Of a stretch of DNA of 64,000 nt, positions 9,281 through 19,838 are shown piece after piece; the stretch's first letter is position 1, and each line of letters opens with the position of its first letter. The stretch lies in assembly GCA_965220965.1 (NCBI GenBank), contig OZ244852.1:1504001-1568000 (forward strand), in the 5' to 3' direction. The translations under genes were made by a program, and so were the position numbers. Under the pieces are notes generated by a model. The model ran no database searches and had not been told where the DNA came from. It saw only the letters and a program-made list of their open reading frames with translations. Origin of the DNA: Candidatus Marinacidobacterium sp. GTDB taxonomy: Bacteria; Acidobacteriota; Vicinamibacteria; Marinacidobacterales; Marinacidobacteraceae.

Positions 9281-10225
9281 TCAGATCTCCGGCTCGCGGA
9301 AAGCCACGACCTGGTCGAGGGCCGGCGCATCGAGGACCGCCATGACGAGGCGGTCCACCCCGAGCGCCACCCCGGAGCACCGGGGCAGGCCGCCGTCCTT
9401 CAGCGCCGCCATCAGCCGCGGGTCGGGTTCGGCCCGGGGGAGGCCGAGGCGGGCGCGGGCGCGGTTCTCGGCGACGAAGCGCCGTTCGTGCTCGGCCGGG
9501 TCCTGGAGCTCGTCGTACCCGTTCGCCAGCTCGAGGCCCTTCCAGAACACCTCGAAGCGGTCCGCGGTGCGCGGATCCTCGTCGTTCGGCCGGGCCAGCG
9601 CGGCGAGCGAAACGGGGAAACCGGTGACGAACGTGGGCGGACCCTCGGCGAGCGTCGGCTCGACGAGCCGCGAGAAGAGGTAGTCCAGGCTGGCGCCCCG
9701 GTCGTCCGGTTCGCCCGGATGCCCGTGCGCTTCGGCCAGCCGGGCCAGACGGTCGCCCGGGGCGGCGAGCGGATCGACGCCGACCGAACGCAGGAACAGC
9801 TCGCGGTAGGGACGGATCCGCGCCGGGGGCGCTCCCGCGAGGTGGCCGAGCAGCAGGTCCATTTCGCGGAGGAGGCCCGGCAGGGGCCCCATCCGGTACC
9901 ACTCGGCGATGGTGAACTCGACGGCGTGCCGGGCGCCGGTCTCTCCGCCGCGAAAGGCCTTGCAGATCGAGAAGACCGGTCCGCTGCCGGCGGCGAGCAG
10001 CCGCTTCAGCGCGAACTCGGGCGAGGTGTGGAGGAACCCGCCGCCCGCGGGAACCGAAGCGAGGTGGCGGTCCGGAACCGGGTAGCGCCCGATGAGCGGC
10101 GTCTCGACCTCGAGATAGCCCCGCGCCGTCAGGAAGTCCCGCAGGCGCCGGACGAGCCGGGCGCGGACCCGGAGGTTGTCGAGCGGCGCCGAAGGGCGCC
10201 AGCCGTCGTCCGGATCCGGAATCAG
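9281..10225 (-). CDS. epmA: EF-P lysine aminoacylase EpmA (GenX/PoxA)
   Basis: Frame extends above the ORF-track start: [73 protein letters not shown]; probable CTG start overlapping the efp stop. Confidence 0.9.
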   Translation of the reverse strand: MIPDPDDGWRPSAPLDNLRVRARLVRRLRDFLTARGYLEVETPLIGRYPVPDRHLASVPAGGGFLHTSPEFALKRLLAAGSGPVFSICKAFRGGETGARHAVEFTIAEWYRMGPLPGLLREMDLLLGHLAGAPPARIRPYRELFLRSVGVDPLAAPGDRLARLAEAHGHPGEPDDRGASLDYLFSRLVEPTLAEGPPTFVTGFPVSLAALARPNDEDPRTADRFEVFWKGLELANGYDELQDPAEHERRFVAENRARARLGLPRAEPDPRLMAALKDGGLPRCSGVALGVDRLVMAVLDAPALDQVVAFREPEI

Positions 10226-10794
10226 CTCTTGACCCGGGACACGTAGTCACCGGTCCGGGTGTCGAGCCGAAGCTTCTCGTCCACCTCGACGAACAGGGGG
10301 ACGCGCACCACCGCGCCGGTCTCGAGCGTCGCGTTCTTCGACCCGCCGGTCGCGGTGTCGCCCCGGATCCCCGGCTCGGTCTCGACGACCTTGAGTTCCA
10401 CGAAGTGCGGCGGGGTCACGAGCAGCACCGCCCCGTTGTAGAGCGTGATCCCGCAGGTGGCGTCGGCCTGGAGCCACTTCTCGGCGCCGCCCAGCGCTTC
10501 CTTCGAGGCGGAGAACTGCTCGTAGGTGCCCGGGTCCATGAAGTGCCACTCGCCGCCGTCGCTGTAGAGGAACTGCATCTCGGTGTCGACCACGTCGGCG
10601 GCCTCGACCTTGTCGCCGGAGCGGAGCGTCTTGTCGAGGACGCGCCCGGTCTTCAGGTTCCGGTACTGGATGCGGGTGAACGCCTGGCCCTTGCCCGGCT
10701 TCACGAACTCGCACTTCACGAGGACGCAGGGGTCTCCGTCCAGCAGGACCTTGAGTCCCGTCCGGAATTCATTCGTGGCGTAAGTGGTGGCCAA
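10222..10794 (-). CDS. efp: Elongation factor P
   Basis: [11 protein letters not shown] loop, [28 protein letters not shown]; TTG start with GAGGAG SD. Confidence 0.97.
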   Translation of the reverse strand: MATTYATNEFRTGLKVLLDGDPCVLVKCEFVKPGKGQAFTRIQYRNLKTGRVLDKTLRSGDKVEAADVVDTEMQFLYSDGGEWHFMDPGTYEQFSASKEALGGAEKWLQADATCGITLYNGAVLLVTPPHFVELKVVETEPGIRGDTATGGSKNATLETGAVVRVPLFVEVDEKLRLDTRTGDYVSRVKS

Positions 10795-10892
10795 GCAGTG
10801 ACTCCTCGATATCGCTCGCGCCGCGAGCCGTCCGGCATCGTACCAGTCGCCCCCGCCCCCGGGGCCGCCTTGCGGCGGGGCGCCGGGCCCCC

Positions 10893-11081
10893 CTATCGAC
10901 GCTCGCGTTCCTCCCGAATCCACCGGACGATCTCGTCTGTCCCGACGCGCGGCGCCCGGGCCCGCAGCGCATCCATCCGGGCGGCGGCGGCCCGCCTCCT
11001 GGGCGCGGTCAGCCACGCCCGGAGAGCCAGCCGGAGCATGCGCCCGCGAGAGTAGCGGCGCGGGTGGCGGATCACGGCCAA
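10893..11081 (-). CDS. Small antitoxin-like protein (possible remnant)
   Basis: C-terminal [14 protein letters not shown] resembles VapB-type antitoxin tails; start uncertain (alternative ATG 11039). Confidence 0.35.
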   Translation of the reverse strand: MAVIRHPRRYSRGRMLRLALRAWLTAPRRRAAAARMDALRARAPRVGTDEIVRWIREERERR

Positions 11082-11085
11082 CGGA

Positions 11086-12087
11086 TCACAGAATGTCTCG
11101 GTCGCCCGGATGCGGGCGACTCATCCGGGTAGCGTAGACCGCTTCGCGGTACCCGAGGGCCGGGGGCCCGGGATCCAGGTAGGCCTGATCCAGCAGGCTT
11201 GCCACCTCGAGGCGGCGGGCGTGCGACGCGAGGTCGCGGATGGGCGCCGCCAGCGGCGCCTCGCCGGCGACCGCGGCGCGGATGCCAGTGTGGAGCGCGC
11301 GGCGCTCGTCCGCTTCGAGGCGCTCCTTCAGGTGTCCGGCGAGGTGCTCGAGCACGTTTCGGTGGGAGTTCGCCGAGGCCGGTTCGGCGAGGCCAGCGAG
11401 GAACTCCGGCCGGTAGGCGGCGAGCGCGGCCGCCGGGTCGCGGGCGCCCGCGAGTCCGCGTCCGAGGCGACGGGCCGCCGCTTCGGAATGCGCCATGAGG
11501 GTCATCTTCCAGCGGGCGTGGAAGCGGTAGAGCGCCGCCATGGCCGGAGCGGTCCCGGCAACGTCCAGCGCCCGCAGCTCGACCAGCGCGAAGACGCGGG
11601 TGAGCCAGTGGTCGCGCCGCGCCGGATCCTCGAGGCCGACCTCGGAGATCCCCGGGACCTCCGGGAGCGCTTCCGATACCGTCCGGGCGAAGATGCCCTC
11701 GCCGTCCGCCGCCACCTCCGCTCCCCCCGACAGGACGCGCGCGTCGCCGGGGCCGCAGCTCGGAGACCGGGACTTGAACACGATGCCGGCGACTCCCATC
11801 CGGCGGAAGCGGTCGGCCGCCCCCTCCGCATACCGGACGGCGGCCGAAGTCAGGTCTTCGCCCCGGCTACCGAGGAGCCGGGCGCTCTCCCCGGCCGCCT
11901 CCAGATGGATCTTCGGACGCGGGACGCCGAGCCCCATGCCGGCCTCCGGGCACTCGGCGACCAGCCGGAAAGCCTCGCCCAGCCGGTTCAGGACCCGGTC
12001 CGATCGGCGGTGGTCCCCGTCGTAGCGCACCGGGACTCCCAACAGGCATGCCGAGACCGCGACCCGCGGCGCCGGAGTCCGCTCCAT
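11086..12087 (-). CDS. DUF523 (2-thiouracil desulfurase-like) + DUF1722 protein (YbgA family)
   Basis: VSACLLG..VRYDG, CPE..GLGVPR, KSRSPSCG, FHARWK..LMAHS, NVLEHLAG. Confidence 0.85.
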   Translation of the reverse strand: MERTPAPRVAVSACLLGVPVRYDGDHRRSDRVLNRLGEAFRLVAECPEAGMGLGVPRPKIHLEAAGESARLLGSRGEDLTSAAVRYAEGAADRFRRMGVAGIVFKSRSPSCGPGDARVLSGGAEVAADGEGIFARTVSEALPEVPGISEVGLEDPARRDHWLTRVFALVELRALDVAGTAPAMAALYRFHARWKMTLMAHSEAAARRLGRGLAGARDPAAALAAYRPEFLAGLAEPASANSHRNVLEHLAGHLKERLEADERRALHTGIRAAVAGEAPLAAPIRDLASHARRLEVASLLDQAYLDPGPPALGYREAVYATRMSRPHPGDRDIL

Positions 12088-12095
12088 CCGCCGGA

Positions 12096-12809
12096 TTGGA
12101 CCACAAGGCCCCGGGCGGGCCCGCTCCCGACTTCGACGCGCGGGTGACGGCGTGCCGGGCCTGCCCCCGGCTCGTGGCGCACCGCGAGGCGGTCGCCGCC
12201 GATCCGCCGAAGCGCCACCGGGGCGAGCGCTACTGGGCCCGGCCCGTCCCCTCTTTCGGCGCCGCCGACCCCCGGCTGCTCGTCGTGGGCCTCGCGCCGG
12301 CGGCGCACGGCGCGAACCGCACCGGGCGGATGTTCACCGGCGACCGCTCCGGGGAGTGGCTCTACGAGGCGCTTCACCGGTTCGGGTTCTCCACCGCGCC
12401 CCATTCGCCGGACCCAAAGGACGGGCTGCGCCTGCTCGACGCCCGGATCACCGCCGCGGCGCACTGCGCGCCGCCGGGGAACCGCCCGACCGCCGGAGAG
12501 CTCGCCGCCTGCCGGCCCTTCCTCGTCGAGGAACTGCGTCCCGGGAACCGCCTGCGGGTCGTCGTGGCGCTCGGACGGGTCGCGTTCGATTCCTTCCTCC
12601 GGGCGTGGGCCGCCGCCGGGCGGCCCGCGGTGAAGCCGGCGCCCCGCTTCGGGCACCTGGCTTCCGGCGAGCTGCCGGGGGGCGTCTCGCTGATCGCCAG
12701 CTACCACCCCAGCCAGCAGAACACCTTCACCGGCCGGCTCACCCGCCCCATGTTCCACGGAGTTTTCGACGCAGCGCGGCGCCTGGTCGACGAGGCGCCC
12801 GACGACTGA
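12096..12809 (+). CDS. Uracil-DNA glycosylase family 5 (UdgB-type, Fe-S)
   Basis: CRACPRL, GLAPAAHGANRTGRMFTGD, SYHPSQQN; start uncertain (TTG 12096). Confidence 0.9.
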   Translation: MDHKAPGGPAPDFDARVTACRACPRLVAHREAVAADPPKRHRGERYWARPVPSFGAADPRLLVVGLAPAAHGANRTGRMFTGDRSGEWLYEALHRFGFSTAPHSPDPKDGLRLLDARITAAAHCAPPGNRPTAGELAACRPFLVEELRPGNRLRVVVALGRVAFDSFLRAWAAAGRPAVKPAPRFGHLASGELPGGVSLIASYHPSQQNTFTGRLTRPMFHGVFDAARRLVDEAPDD

Positions 12810-12836
12810 CGGCGAGGCGCCCCGGCCGGGGAAGAC

Positions 12837-14018
12837 TTAGCCGACGGCGGTCTCCGCCGGCTCCGGCTCGGCCGCTTCCGGGCCGATGAGCCGCCGGTAG
12901 ACCGCTTCGTAGCGGGGGAGGATCCGGGACCGGGCGAAGCGGGTGACGGCCCGGCGGCGCGCCGCGACCCCCATCGCGCGGCGGGCCGGCTCGTCCGAGA
13001 GCAGCCGGATCGCGGTCTCCGCCATCCCGGCGATGTCCCCCACCTCGAACAGCGCGCCGCTGTCGGGGCTCACGACCTCGGGGAGGCCGCCCACCCGGGT
13101 GGCGATGACCGGCACCTTCGCCGCCATCGCCTCGAGCGCGGTTAGCCCGAAGCTCTCCTGCTCGCTCGGCAGGAGGAACAGATCGGCGCAGCCGAGCGGC
13201 CCCTGGATGTCGTCCTGCTCGCCGAGGAAGACCACCTCGGAGACGAGGTCGAGGTCGCGGAGCAGTTGCTGGACGAAGAGCCGCTCCGGACCCTCGCCGA
13301 CGAACACCAGCCGGGCCGGCAGCGCCCTTCGGACCTGCTCGAAGACGCGCACGACATCGCTGACCCGCTTCACCGGGCGGAAGTTCGAGGCGTGCATGAG
13401 GATCCGCTCGCCGTTCGGGGCCCAGGCCTCGCGGGCGCAGTCCTCGTTCCCCGGCGCCGGAATCGAGCCGTCCACGAAGTTGGGGATGACCTCGACCGGC
13501 AGGTGCGGCGAGAAGTCGCGGCGGATCCGGTCGGCGAGGTACTCCGAGACCGCGGTCACCGCGTCGGAGCGCTCGAGGGCGAAGCGGATGACCCGGTCGA
13601 AGGACCGGTCCGCGCCCACGAGCGTGATGTCGGTCCCGTGGAGCGTCGTGACCAGCCGGGTGCGGCCGTTCCCGATGATCTCGCGGGCGAGGAACGCGCT
13701 GACCGCGTTCGGCACCGCGTAGTGCGCGTGGATGACATCCAGCCCGCCGCACTCGTCGGCCACTTCGGCCAGTTTGGTCGCGAGGCCCAGGGTGTAGGGC
13801 GGGAACCGGAACAGCGGGTAGCTGGCCATCTCCACTTCGTGAAAGCGGAGTCCGGGGTGGAAGCGCCGGAGCCGAAACGGCACCGCGTAGCTGACCACGT
13901 GGACCTCGTGGCCGTCCTCGGCGAGCCCCATCGCCAGTTCGGAAGCGACGACGCCGCTCCCGCCGTGGGTGGGGTAGCAGACGATGGCGACGCGCAAGGG
14001 CCGCCGGGAGGTTACCAA
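12837..14018 (-). CDS. bshA: N-acetyl-alpha-D-glucosaminyl L-malate synthase BshA (GT4)
   Basis: CYPTHGGSGVVASEL, HAHYAVP, TTLHGTDITLVG, SNFRPVKR, ESFGLTALEAMA. Confidence 0.85.
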   Translation of the reverse strand: MVTSRRPLRVAIVCYPTHGGSGVVASELAMGLAEDGHEVHVVSYAVPFRLRRFHPGLRFHEVEMASYPLFRFPPYTLGLATKLAEVADECGGLDVIHAHYAVPNAVSAFLAREIIGNGRTRLVTTLHGTDITLVGADRSFDRVIRFALERSDAVTAVSEYLADRIRRDFSPHLPVEVIPNFVDGSIPAPGNEDCAREAWAPNGERILMHASNFRPVKRVSDVVRVFEQVRRALPARLVFVGEGPERLFVQQLLRDLDLVSEVVFLGEQDDIQGPLGCADLFLLPSEQESFGLTALEAMAAKVPVIATRVGGLPEVVSPDSGALFEVGDIAGMAETAIRLLSDEPARRAMGVAARRRAVTRFARSRILPRYEAVYRRLIGPEAAEPEPAETAVG

Positions 14019-14243
14019 GCGCCCGAAGCCTCAGCCGCTATCGCCCGCGGATCCTTCCGATTGCGAACGCGGCCCCCTTCTGCGACACTTGGCGGGGTTC
14101 CGGGGGAGGGCCAGCGGGGAGTCGTCCCCGGCGCCGTCCGTCGGAGCGAACCGTCGCCGAGGGGTGCGGAGGGCGGCGCAACACGTCAACCGGTCGGGCC
14201 GGTCCCTCCGGATCGGACCGGCGGAGCAATTGAGGATCGAACG

Positions 14244-14684
14244 ATGGAGCCATTGATCGTCACGGTGAGTCACCGTCCCGCCACCTGCGTCGCGCCGGAC
14301 GTCACGACCGACGACGCGTCCCGGGCCATGGTCGCGAACAAGGTCGGCGCCTGCGCGGTGGCCCGGGAGGACGGCGTGCTCCTCGGGATGTTCAGCGAGC
14401 GGGACCTGATGCGCCGGGTCGTCGCCGAGGGTCTCGACCCGAAGACGACGAAGGTGGGCGATGTGATGACCCGCGATCCGGTCACGGTCACCCAGGACAC
14501 GCCGCTCGGGAAGGCGCTCGAGATCATGGTGGAGAAGGACTTCCGGCACCTCCCGATCATGGAGGGGTCCCAGGTCGTCGGGATGGCGACCGTCCGCCGC
14601 GTCCTGAAGCACCGCCTCGACGAGAAGCGGGAAGAACTCGACTCGGTCGTCAACTTCTTCACCGCCGACGGCATCGGCGGCTGA
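14244..14684 (+). CDS. CBS domain pair protein
   Basis: LLGMFSERDL..VGDVMT, FRHLPI..VVGM; GAGGA SD before ATG 14244. Confidence 0.88.
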   Translation: MEPLIVTVSHRPATCVAPDVTTDDASRAMVANKVGACAVAREDGVLLGMFSERDLMRRVVAEGLDPKTTKVGDVMTRDPVTVTQDTPLGKALEIMVEKDFRHLPIMEGSQVVGMATVRRVLKHRLDEKREELDSVVNFFTADGIGG

Positions 14685-14727
14685 CGGTCGGCGGCGCGCC
14701 CGACCCCGGAGAACGGGCGGCCCGCCG

Positions 14728-14985
14728 TCAGGACTGCGGGGGCTTCTTCTTCGAGAGGAGCCGGCCGACGAGGAAGAGCGCGGCGCCGATCCCGGTGGTG
14801 ACGAGCATCCGGCGCTCGGCGTCGGCGCCGAAGAACAGCACCGCGGCGCTCGTGACGAACAGGATCCCGGCGAGCTGGAGCCCGCGGCCGACGTAGTAGC
14901 GGCCCCAGGCGAGCAGGACGGACGGCGGGAGCGACTGCAGGCCCTCCCGGGGCGGCCGGGGCCGGGTCTTCTTCGCGGCGGTCAT
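14728..14985 (-). CDS. Small two-TM hypothetical membrane protein
   Basis: 85 aa, two hydrophobic stretches, starts 4 nt after the mutL stop. Confidence 0.6.
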   Translation of the reverse strand: MTAAKKTRPRPPREGLQSLPPSVLLAWGRYYVGRGLQLAGILFVTSAAVLFFGADAERRMLVTTGIGAALFLVGRLLSKKKPPQS

Positions 14986-14989
14986 CACG

Positions 14990-16804
14990 TCATCTTCGCC
15001 CGAAACGGCGCTCGAGGAAGGGGATATCGAGCCGCAGGACGGTGGGGCGGCCGTGCGGACAGGTCGCCGGATTGTGCGCCTTCCACAGCGCCGCCAGGAT
15101 CGCCTCCATGCGCTCCGGGGGGAGCGGGGTGTTCGCGGTGACCGCGCCGTGGCAGGCGACCCGGGCCATGAGGCGGGCGAGGGCGTCGTGAGCGGCATCC
15201 TCCAGGCACTCCCCGCCGTCCGCTCCCAGCGAGCGGCGCAGGACGTCGATGGCCCTTCCGACGCCGAGCGCCTCGGGAACGCGGCGCACCAGCGCGCACC
15301 GCGCGCCCGAGGGGCCGCCGAAGTCCTCGATCCCGAAGCCGGCGGCGGCGAGGCGCTCGCGCTCGCGGTCGAGCGAGGCCTCTTCGGCGGCCGAGAGCTC
15401 GAGAGTCACCGGCTGGAGCAGCGCTACCCCCGCATCCTGGTCGCAGCCCTCCATGAGCCGGTTGTAGAGGATCCGTTCATCGGCGGCGTGCTGGTCGATG
15501 AGGACCAGCGCGCCGGCCTCCTCGGCCACGATGTAGGTCTGGCGGAACTGGGCGAGCACGCTGGGGGGGCTCTTGCCGAAGTCCAGGTAGCCAGAGGCCT
15601 CGGATTCGCCGGCGTCCCGGCCGTAGAGGAGTTCGCCGGCCTCGGCGCCGTCCCGGAACCCCCGCCGCAGATCGTCCGGCGGCGACAGGTCCCGGCCCCC
15701 CGCCACCACTCCTGACGGCGCCCCCGAAGCTCCGGGGAGGCGGCCCGGACGGTCCCGGGCGTCCGGGCGAGGTGCGGGGCGCCGGGAGGGGGGCGCGGCG
15801 CCGAGGTCCACCTGTTTCGGGGACCCCTCGAGCGCCGCGAGGACCGAGCGGAACACCGCGCGCCACGCCGACCCGGCGTCGGCGAAGCGGACTTCGGCTT
15901 TCGCCGGATGGACATTCACGTCGACGAGGTCTGGCGGGACATCGAGGAAGACCCACGCCCGGGGGGTCCCGGCCAGGCTGGAGACCCGGCGGTAGGCCTC
16001 GGTGACCGCGCTGAACAGCCGCCGATCCCGGATCGGCCTCCCGTTCACGAACAGCCGGAGCCGGCCCGAAGCGCCGCGCGGCGCCATCGGCGGATCGAGG
16101 AAGGCGCGGACCGCGAGATCCCCGGCGTCGGCCTCGACCGGGATCGCGTCGACCGTCCAGCGGCGCTGGAGCTGTTCGAGCCGCTCGGCGACCTCGGCGA
16201 CGGGATCCAGCAGGAAGCGCTGGCGGTCCTCGGTCCGGAGTTCGAACCGCACCTGCGGCCAGCAGGCGGCGAGGTTCTCCACGCTCTCGGTGATGTGGGC
16301 GGCTTCGGTCCGGTCGGCGGGTAGGAACTTACGGCGGGCGGGGGTGTTGAAGAACAGGTCGCGGACCTCGACGACGGTGCCCGGCGGCATCCCCGCCGGG
16401 GCCTCGACCGGAGGCGCGCCTCCCTCGACGAAGAGCTCCCATCCGGCGTCCTCGTCGGGAAGCCGGGTGCGGAGCCGCAGCCGGGAGACCGAGGCGATCG
16501 AGGGGAGCGCCTCCCCCCGGAACCCCAGCGATCCGACCGAGGCCAGATCGTCCACCGACTCGATCTTGCTGGTGGCGTGGCGCTCGAGCGCGAGCCGGGC
16601 GTCCTCGAGGCTCATCCCGCTCCCGTCGTCGCTGACGCGGATGACTCTCCTTCCGGCGCCGCGGACGAGGACCGAGACGGCGGAGGCGCCGGCGTCGATC
16701 GCGTTCTCGACCAGCTCGCGGACGACCGCGGCCGGCCGCTCCACGACCTCCCCGGCCGCGATCTGGTTCGCGACCGCGGGCGGGAGGCGGTGGATCCGCC
16801 CCAT
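14990..16804 (-). CDS. mutL: DNA mismatch repair protein MutL
   Basis: NQIAAGEVVERP, ELVENAIDAGA, GFRGEAL, DVNVHPAK, DQHAADE, CPHGRP. Confidence 0.97.
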   Translation of the reverse strand: MGRIHRLPPAVANQIAAGEVVERPAAVVRELVENAIDAGASAVSVLVRGAGRRVIRVSDDGSGMSLEDARLALERHATSKIESVDDLASVGSLGFRGEALPSIASVSRLRLRTRLPDEDAGWELFVEGGAPPVEAPAGMPPGTVVEVRDLFFNTPARRKFLPADRTEAAHITESVENLAACWPQVRFELRTEDRQRFLLDPVAEVAERLEQLQRRWTVDAIPVEADAGDLAVRAFLDPPMAPRGASGRLRLFVNGRPIRDRRLFSAVTEAYRRVSSLAGTPRAWVFLDVPPDLVDVNVHPAKAEVRFADAGSAWRAVFRSVLAALEGSPKQVDLGAAPPSRRPAPRPDARDRPGRLPGASGAPSGVVAGGRDLSPPDDLRRGFRDGAEAGELLYGRDAGESEASGYLDFGKSPPSVLAQFRQTYIVAEEAGALVLIDQHAADERILYNRLMEGCDQDAGVALLQPVTLELSAAEEASLDRERERLAAAGFGIEDFGGPSGARCALVRRVPEALGVGRAIDVLRRSLGADGGECLEDAAHDALARLMARVACHGAVTANTPLPPERMEAILAALWKAHNPATCPHGRPTVLRLDIPFLERRFGRR

Positions 16805-18963
16805 CAGCCGGGCGGGTCTCCCGGGGCGCTGGAGCTCCCGCTCAGCTCGCGGAGGTCGCCCACGGTGGCGAAGAGGGCGTCCAGCCGGGCGAGCAGCGCC
16901 AGCCGGTTCTCCCGAAGCGCCTCGTCCTCGGCCATCACCAGAACCTCGTCGAAGAAGCGGTCGACGGCGTCGCGCAGGTCAGCGAGCGCTCCGATGCCAG
17001 CGCGGTAGTTCGTCTCAGCGAAGTATGCGCGCACCTTCGCTTCGCCGGTCTCGAGCGCCTCGTGGAGCGTCCGCTCCGCCGACGCCTGGAACCGGTCGGG
17101 GCGCACCGGGGGCAGTTTGCCGTCCGAGGGGGCATCCGGAAGGATCCGCCGCACCCGGGTCGCGGCGACCGCCAGCGCCTGGAGGTCGTCGTGTCCCCGG
17201 ACCGTCTCGAGCGCCTCGACCTGCTTCCGGAAGTCGAGCAGGCTCGAGGAGCCGCCGGGTCCGGCGAGCACGGCGCGGGCCTCGTCCCGGCATCCAGCAC
17301 TCGCGAACGCGGAGACCAGCCGGTCCCGGAAGAACGCGTCGAGCCGGGCGCGGGCTTCTTCCCGCTCCGCCGCGCCGAAGCCGTCGTATCCGCCGAGCGC
17401 CTCGTCGAGCAGGTCGCCCGGCGGCATCGCTTCGAAGACCGTCAGGATCCTGATCAAGGAGAACGCAGCACGCCGGAGGCCGAACGGGTCCCCTCCCCCG
17501 GTGGCGCTCTCACCGGCGAGCGTCAACCCGGCGAGCGAGTCGGCGGCGTCCGCGATCGAGACCGCGACCCCCACCCTTGTCTCTGGCAGAGGCCCGGTGA
17601 GCCCCCCGGGCCGGTAGTGGTCGTAGACCGCGCGCCAGACGGCCTCCGACTCGCCCGCCTCCCGGAGCAGCAGTCCCCCGGCGACCCCCTGGAGCGAGGC
17701 GAACTCGCCCACCAGCCCGGTCGTGAGATCGCACTTGGCGAGCCCGGCGGCCTTCGCGGCGGCCTCCGGGTCCGCGTCCACCGTGGGGGCGATCCGCCGC
17801 GCCAGCCTCTCGAGCCGGTCGGCCTTGTCGGCGAAGCTCCCGAGGCGACGGTGGAAGAGCACCCCGGCGAGATCCTTCCGCCGGTCCGCGAGCGGGGTCT
17901 TCCGGTCCTCGTCCCAGAAGAACTGCGCGTCGCGGAGCCGCGCGAGGACGACGCGCTCGCTCCCCCGGCGGATCGCCCCGGTGGCGTCGTCCGGCTGGTT
18001 CGTGACCGCGACGAACGCCGGAGCGCCCACCAACGGGATGTACTTCTGATGGTGGACGAGGACGGCGTGGCGGATCTCCTCGGGGAGATCGAGGAACGAC
18101 CCGGGGTACTCGCCGAGGACGGTCCCCGGCCACTCGACCAGGTTCGCCAGGCTCTCGACGTCGGTCCCCTCGGCGCGCTTCGCTCCGGCCTCGGTCTCGT
18201 GGGCGGCGACCGCTTCTTCGAGCCGCCGGACCCGCTCCTGTGGGTCGAGGCAGACGAACCGCCGCTCGAGGCCATCCGTTAGCTCGGCGAGCGAATGGGC
18301 GCGGAACGGCGCGCCCGCCTCGACGCCGTCCTCCGCCCGGAACCGGTGGCCCCGGCTCGTGTCCGACGCCTCGACCGGGGGCCCGTCGCGCCGCTCGATG
18401 GAGAACGGGACGACTTTCCCCCCGAACACCGCGAGGATCCAGCGGATCGGCCGGCCGAAGGGGAACGCGTTCCCGGAGATCGAGGCGTCCCAGGACATCG
18501 CCTTCGGGAAGTGGAGACCGCGGAGCGCGCTTTCCAGCACGCCCGGCAGGACCTCGAGCGCCGGGCGTCCGGCGACCGTCCGGCGGATCGCCACGTAGTC
18601 CCCGCGCGGCGTCTTCTCGATCGACAGCGCGGCGTCGAGTTCTTCCTCCGACACCCCCTGCTTCTTCGCGAACCCGGTCGCCGCCCGGGTCCAGGCCCCC
18701 GGGCCGCCGGCGATCCGCGCCGGGGGCCCGAGGAGCGTCTCGTCGCGGTCCGGCTGGCGCTCCGCCACCGCTTCCGCGTGGGCGACGAGGCGGCGCGGCC
18801 CGCCGAGGCCGCGCGCCGGGGACACCAGAAGCCGCTCCTGCTCGAGCCCTTCGCCGACCAGCCGCGCGAAGTCACGGACCAGGTCCGGGAGCCACCCGGC
18901 GGGAAGCTCCTCGCAGCCGATCTCGACGAGGAGTTCCCGCGCGGGAGGCGCCTTCGCGCTCAT
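16804..18963 (-). CDS. glyS: Glycine-tRNA ligase beta subunit
   Basis: [55 protein letters not shown]; ATGA overlap with glyQ. Confidence 0.95.
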   Translation of the reverse strand: MSAKAPPARELLVEIGCEELPAGWLPDLVRDFARLVGEGLEQERLLVSPARGLGGPRRLVAHAEAVAERQPDRDETLLGPPARIAGGPGAWTRAATGFAKKQGVSEEELDAALSIEKTPRGDYVAIRRTVAGRPALEVLPGVLESALRGLHFPKAMSWDASISGNAFPFGRPIRWILAVFGGKVVPFSIERRDGPPVEASDTSRGHRFRAEDGVEAGAPFRAHSLAELTDGLERRFVCLDPQERVRRLEEAVAAHETEAGAKRAEGTDVESLANLVEWPGTVLGEYPGSFLDLPEEIRHAVLVHHQKYIPLVGAPAFVAVTNQPDDATGAIRRGSERVVLARLRDAQFFWDEDRKTPLADRRKDLAGVLFHRRLGSFADKADRLERLARRIAPTVDADPEAAAKAAGLAKCDLTTGLVGEFASLQGVAGGLLLREAGESEAVWRAVYDHYRPGGLTGPLPETRVGVAVSIADAADSLAGLTLAGESATGGGDPFGLRRAAFSLIRILTVFEAMPPGDLLDEALGGYDGFGAAEREEARARLDAFFRDRLVSAFASAGCRDEARAVLAGPGGSSSLLDFRKQVEALETVRGHDDLQALAVAATRVRRILPDAPSDGKLPPVRPDRFQASAERTLHEALETGEAKVRAYFAETNYRAGIGALADLRDAVDRFFDEVLVMAEDEALRENRLALLARLDALFATVGDLRELSGSSSAPGDPPG

Positions 18964-19817
18964 GCGGCCTCCTCCTCTCCGCCCGGCGCCAGATGCCGCT
19001 TCGCCGCCTGGGTGGCCAGCCGCCGGACCGCGAGGATGCGCGCCGCCCGGTCGCTCACCGAGACCGCGCCGCGCGCGTCCAGCAGGTTGAACAGGTGGGA
19101 AGCGCGCAGGCACTGCTCGTAGCCCGGGATCACGAGGCCCTCGGCGAGCAGCCGGCGGCCGTCCTCGACCGCCTCGTCGAACCCGCGGGCGAGCGCGGCG
19201 ATGTCCGCCGACTCGAACGCGTAGCGCGAGCTCTCGACCTCGTCCTGGTGGCGGACCCGCCGGTAGGGAACCCCGGGGGCCCACTCGAGGTCGTAGACGT
19301 TCCCCACGTCCTGGATGTACATCGCGAGCCGCTCCAGCCCGTAGGTGATCTCGACCGACACCGGGGACAGGTCCACCCCGCCGGCCTGCTGGAAGTAGGT
19401 GAACTGGCTGATCTCGAGCCCGTCGAGCAGGACCTGCCAGCCGACCCCCCACGCGCCCAGCATGGGCGAGGCCCAGTTGTCCTCCTCGAAGCGGATGTCG
19501 TGCTCGGCGGCGACGACGCCGCAGGCGGCGAGGCTCTCGAGGTAGATGTCCTGGATGTCCTCGGGGGCCGGCTTCAGGATCAACTGGAGCTGGTGGTGCT
19601 TGTAGAGCCGATTCGGGTTCTCGCCGTAGCGCCCGTCCGCCGGGCGGCGGGAGGGCTGGACGTAGACGACCTTCCACGGTTCGGGACCGAGGACGCGGAA
19701 GAACGTCTCGGGGTGCATCGTCCCGGCGCCCAGCTCCATGTCGTAGGGCTGGACAACCACCGCCCCGCGGTCGGCCCAGATCCCGGTCAGGTTCGTGATC
19801 AGGTCCTGAAAGTTCAT
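18960..19817 (-). CDS. glyQ: Glycine-tRNA ligase alpha subunit
   Basis: [43 protein letters not shown]. Confidence 0.97.
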   Translation of the reverse strand: MNFQDLITNLTGIWADRGAVVVQPYDMELGAGTMHPETFFRVLGPEPWKVVYVQPSRRPADGRYGENPNRLYKHHQLQLILKPAPEDIQDIYLESLAACGVVAAEHDIRFEEDNWASPMLGAWGVGWQVLLDGLEISQFTYFQQAGGVDLSPVSVEITYGLERLAMYIQDVGNVYDLEWAPGVPYRRVRHQDEVESSRYAFESADIAALARGFDEAVEDGRRLLAEGLVIPGYEQCLRASHLFNLLDARGAVSVSDRAARILAVRRLATQAAKRHLAPGGEEEAA

Positions 19818-19838
19818 GGCGGGAAGCTCATCGCGGGG

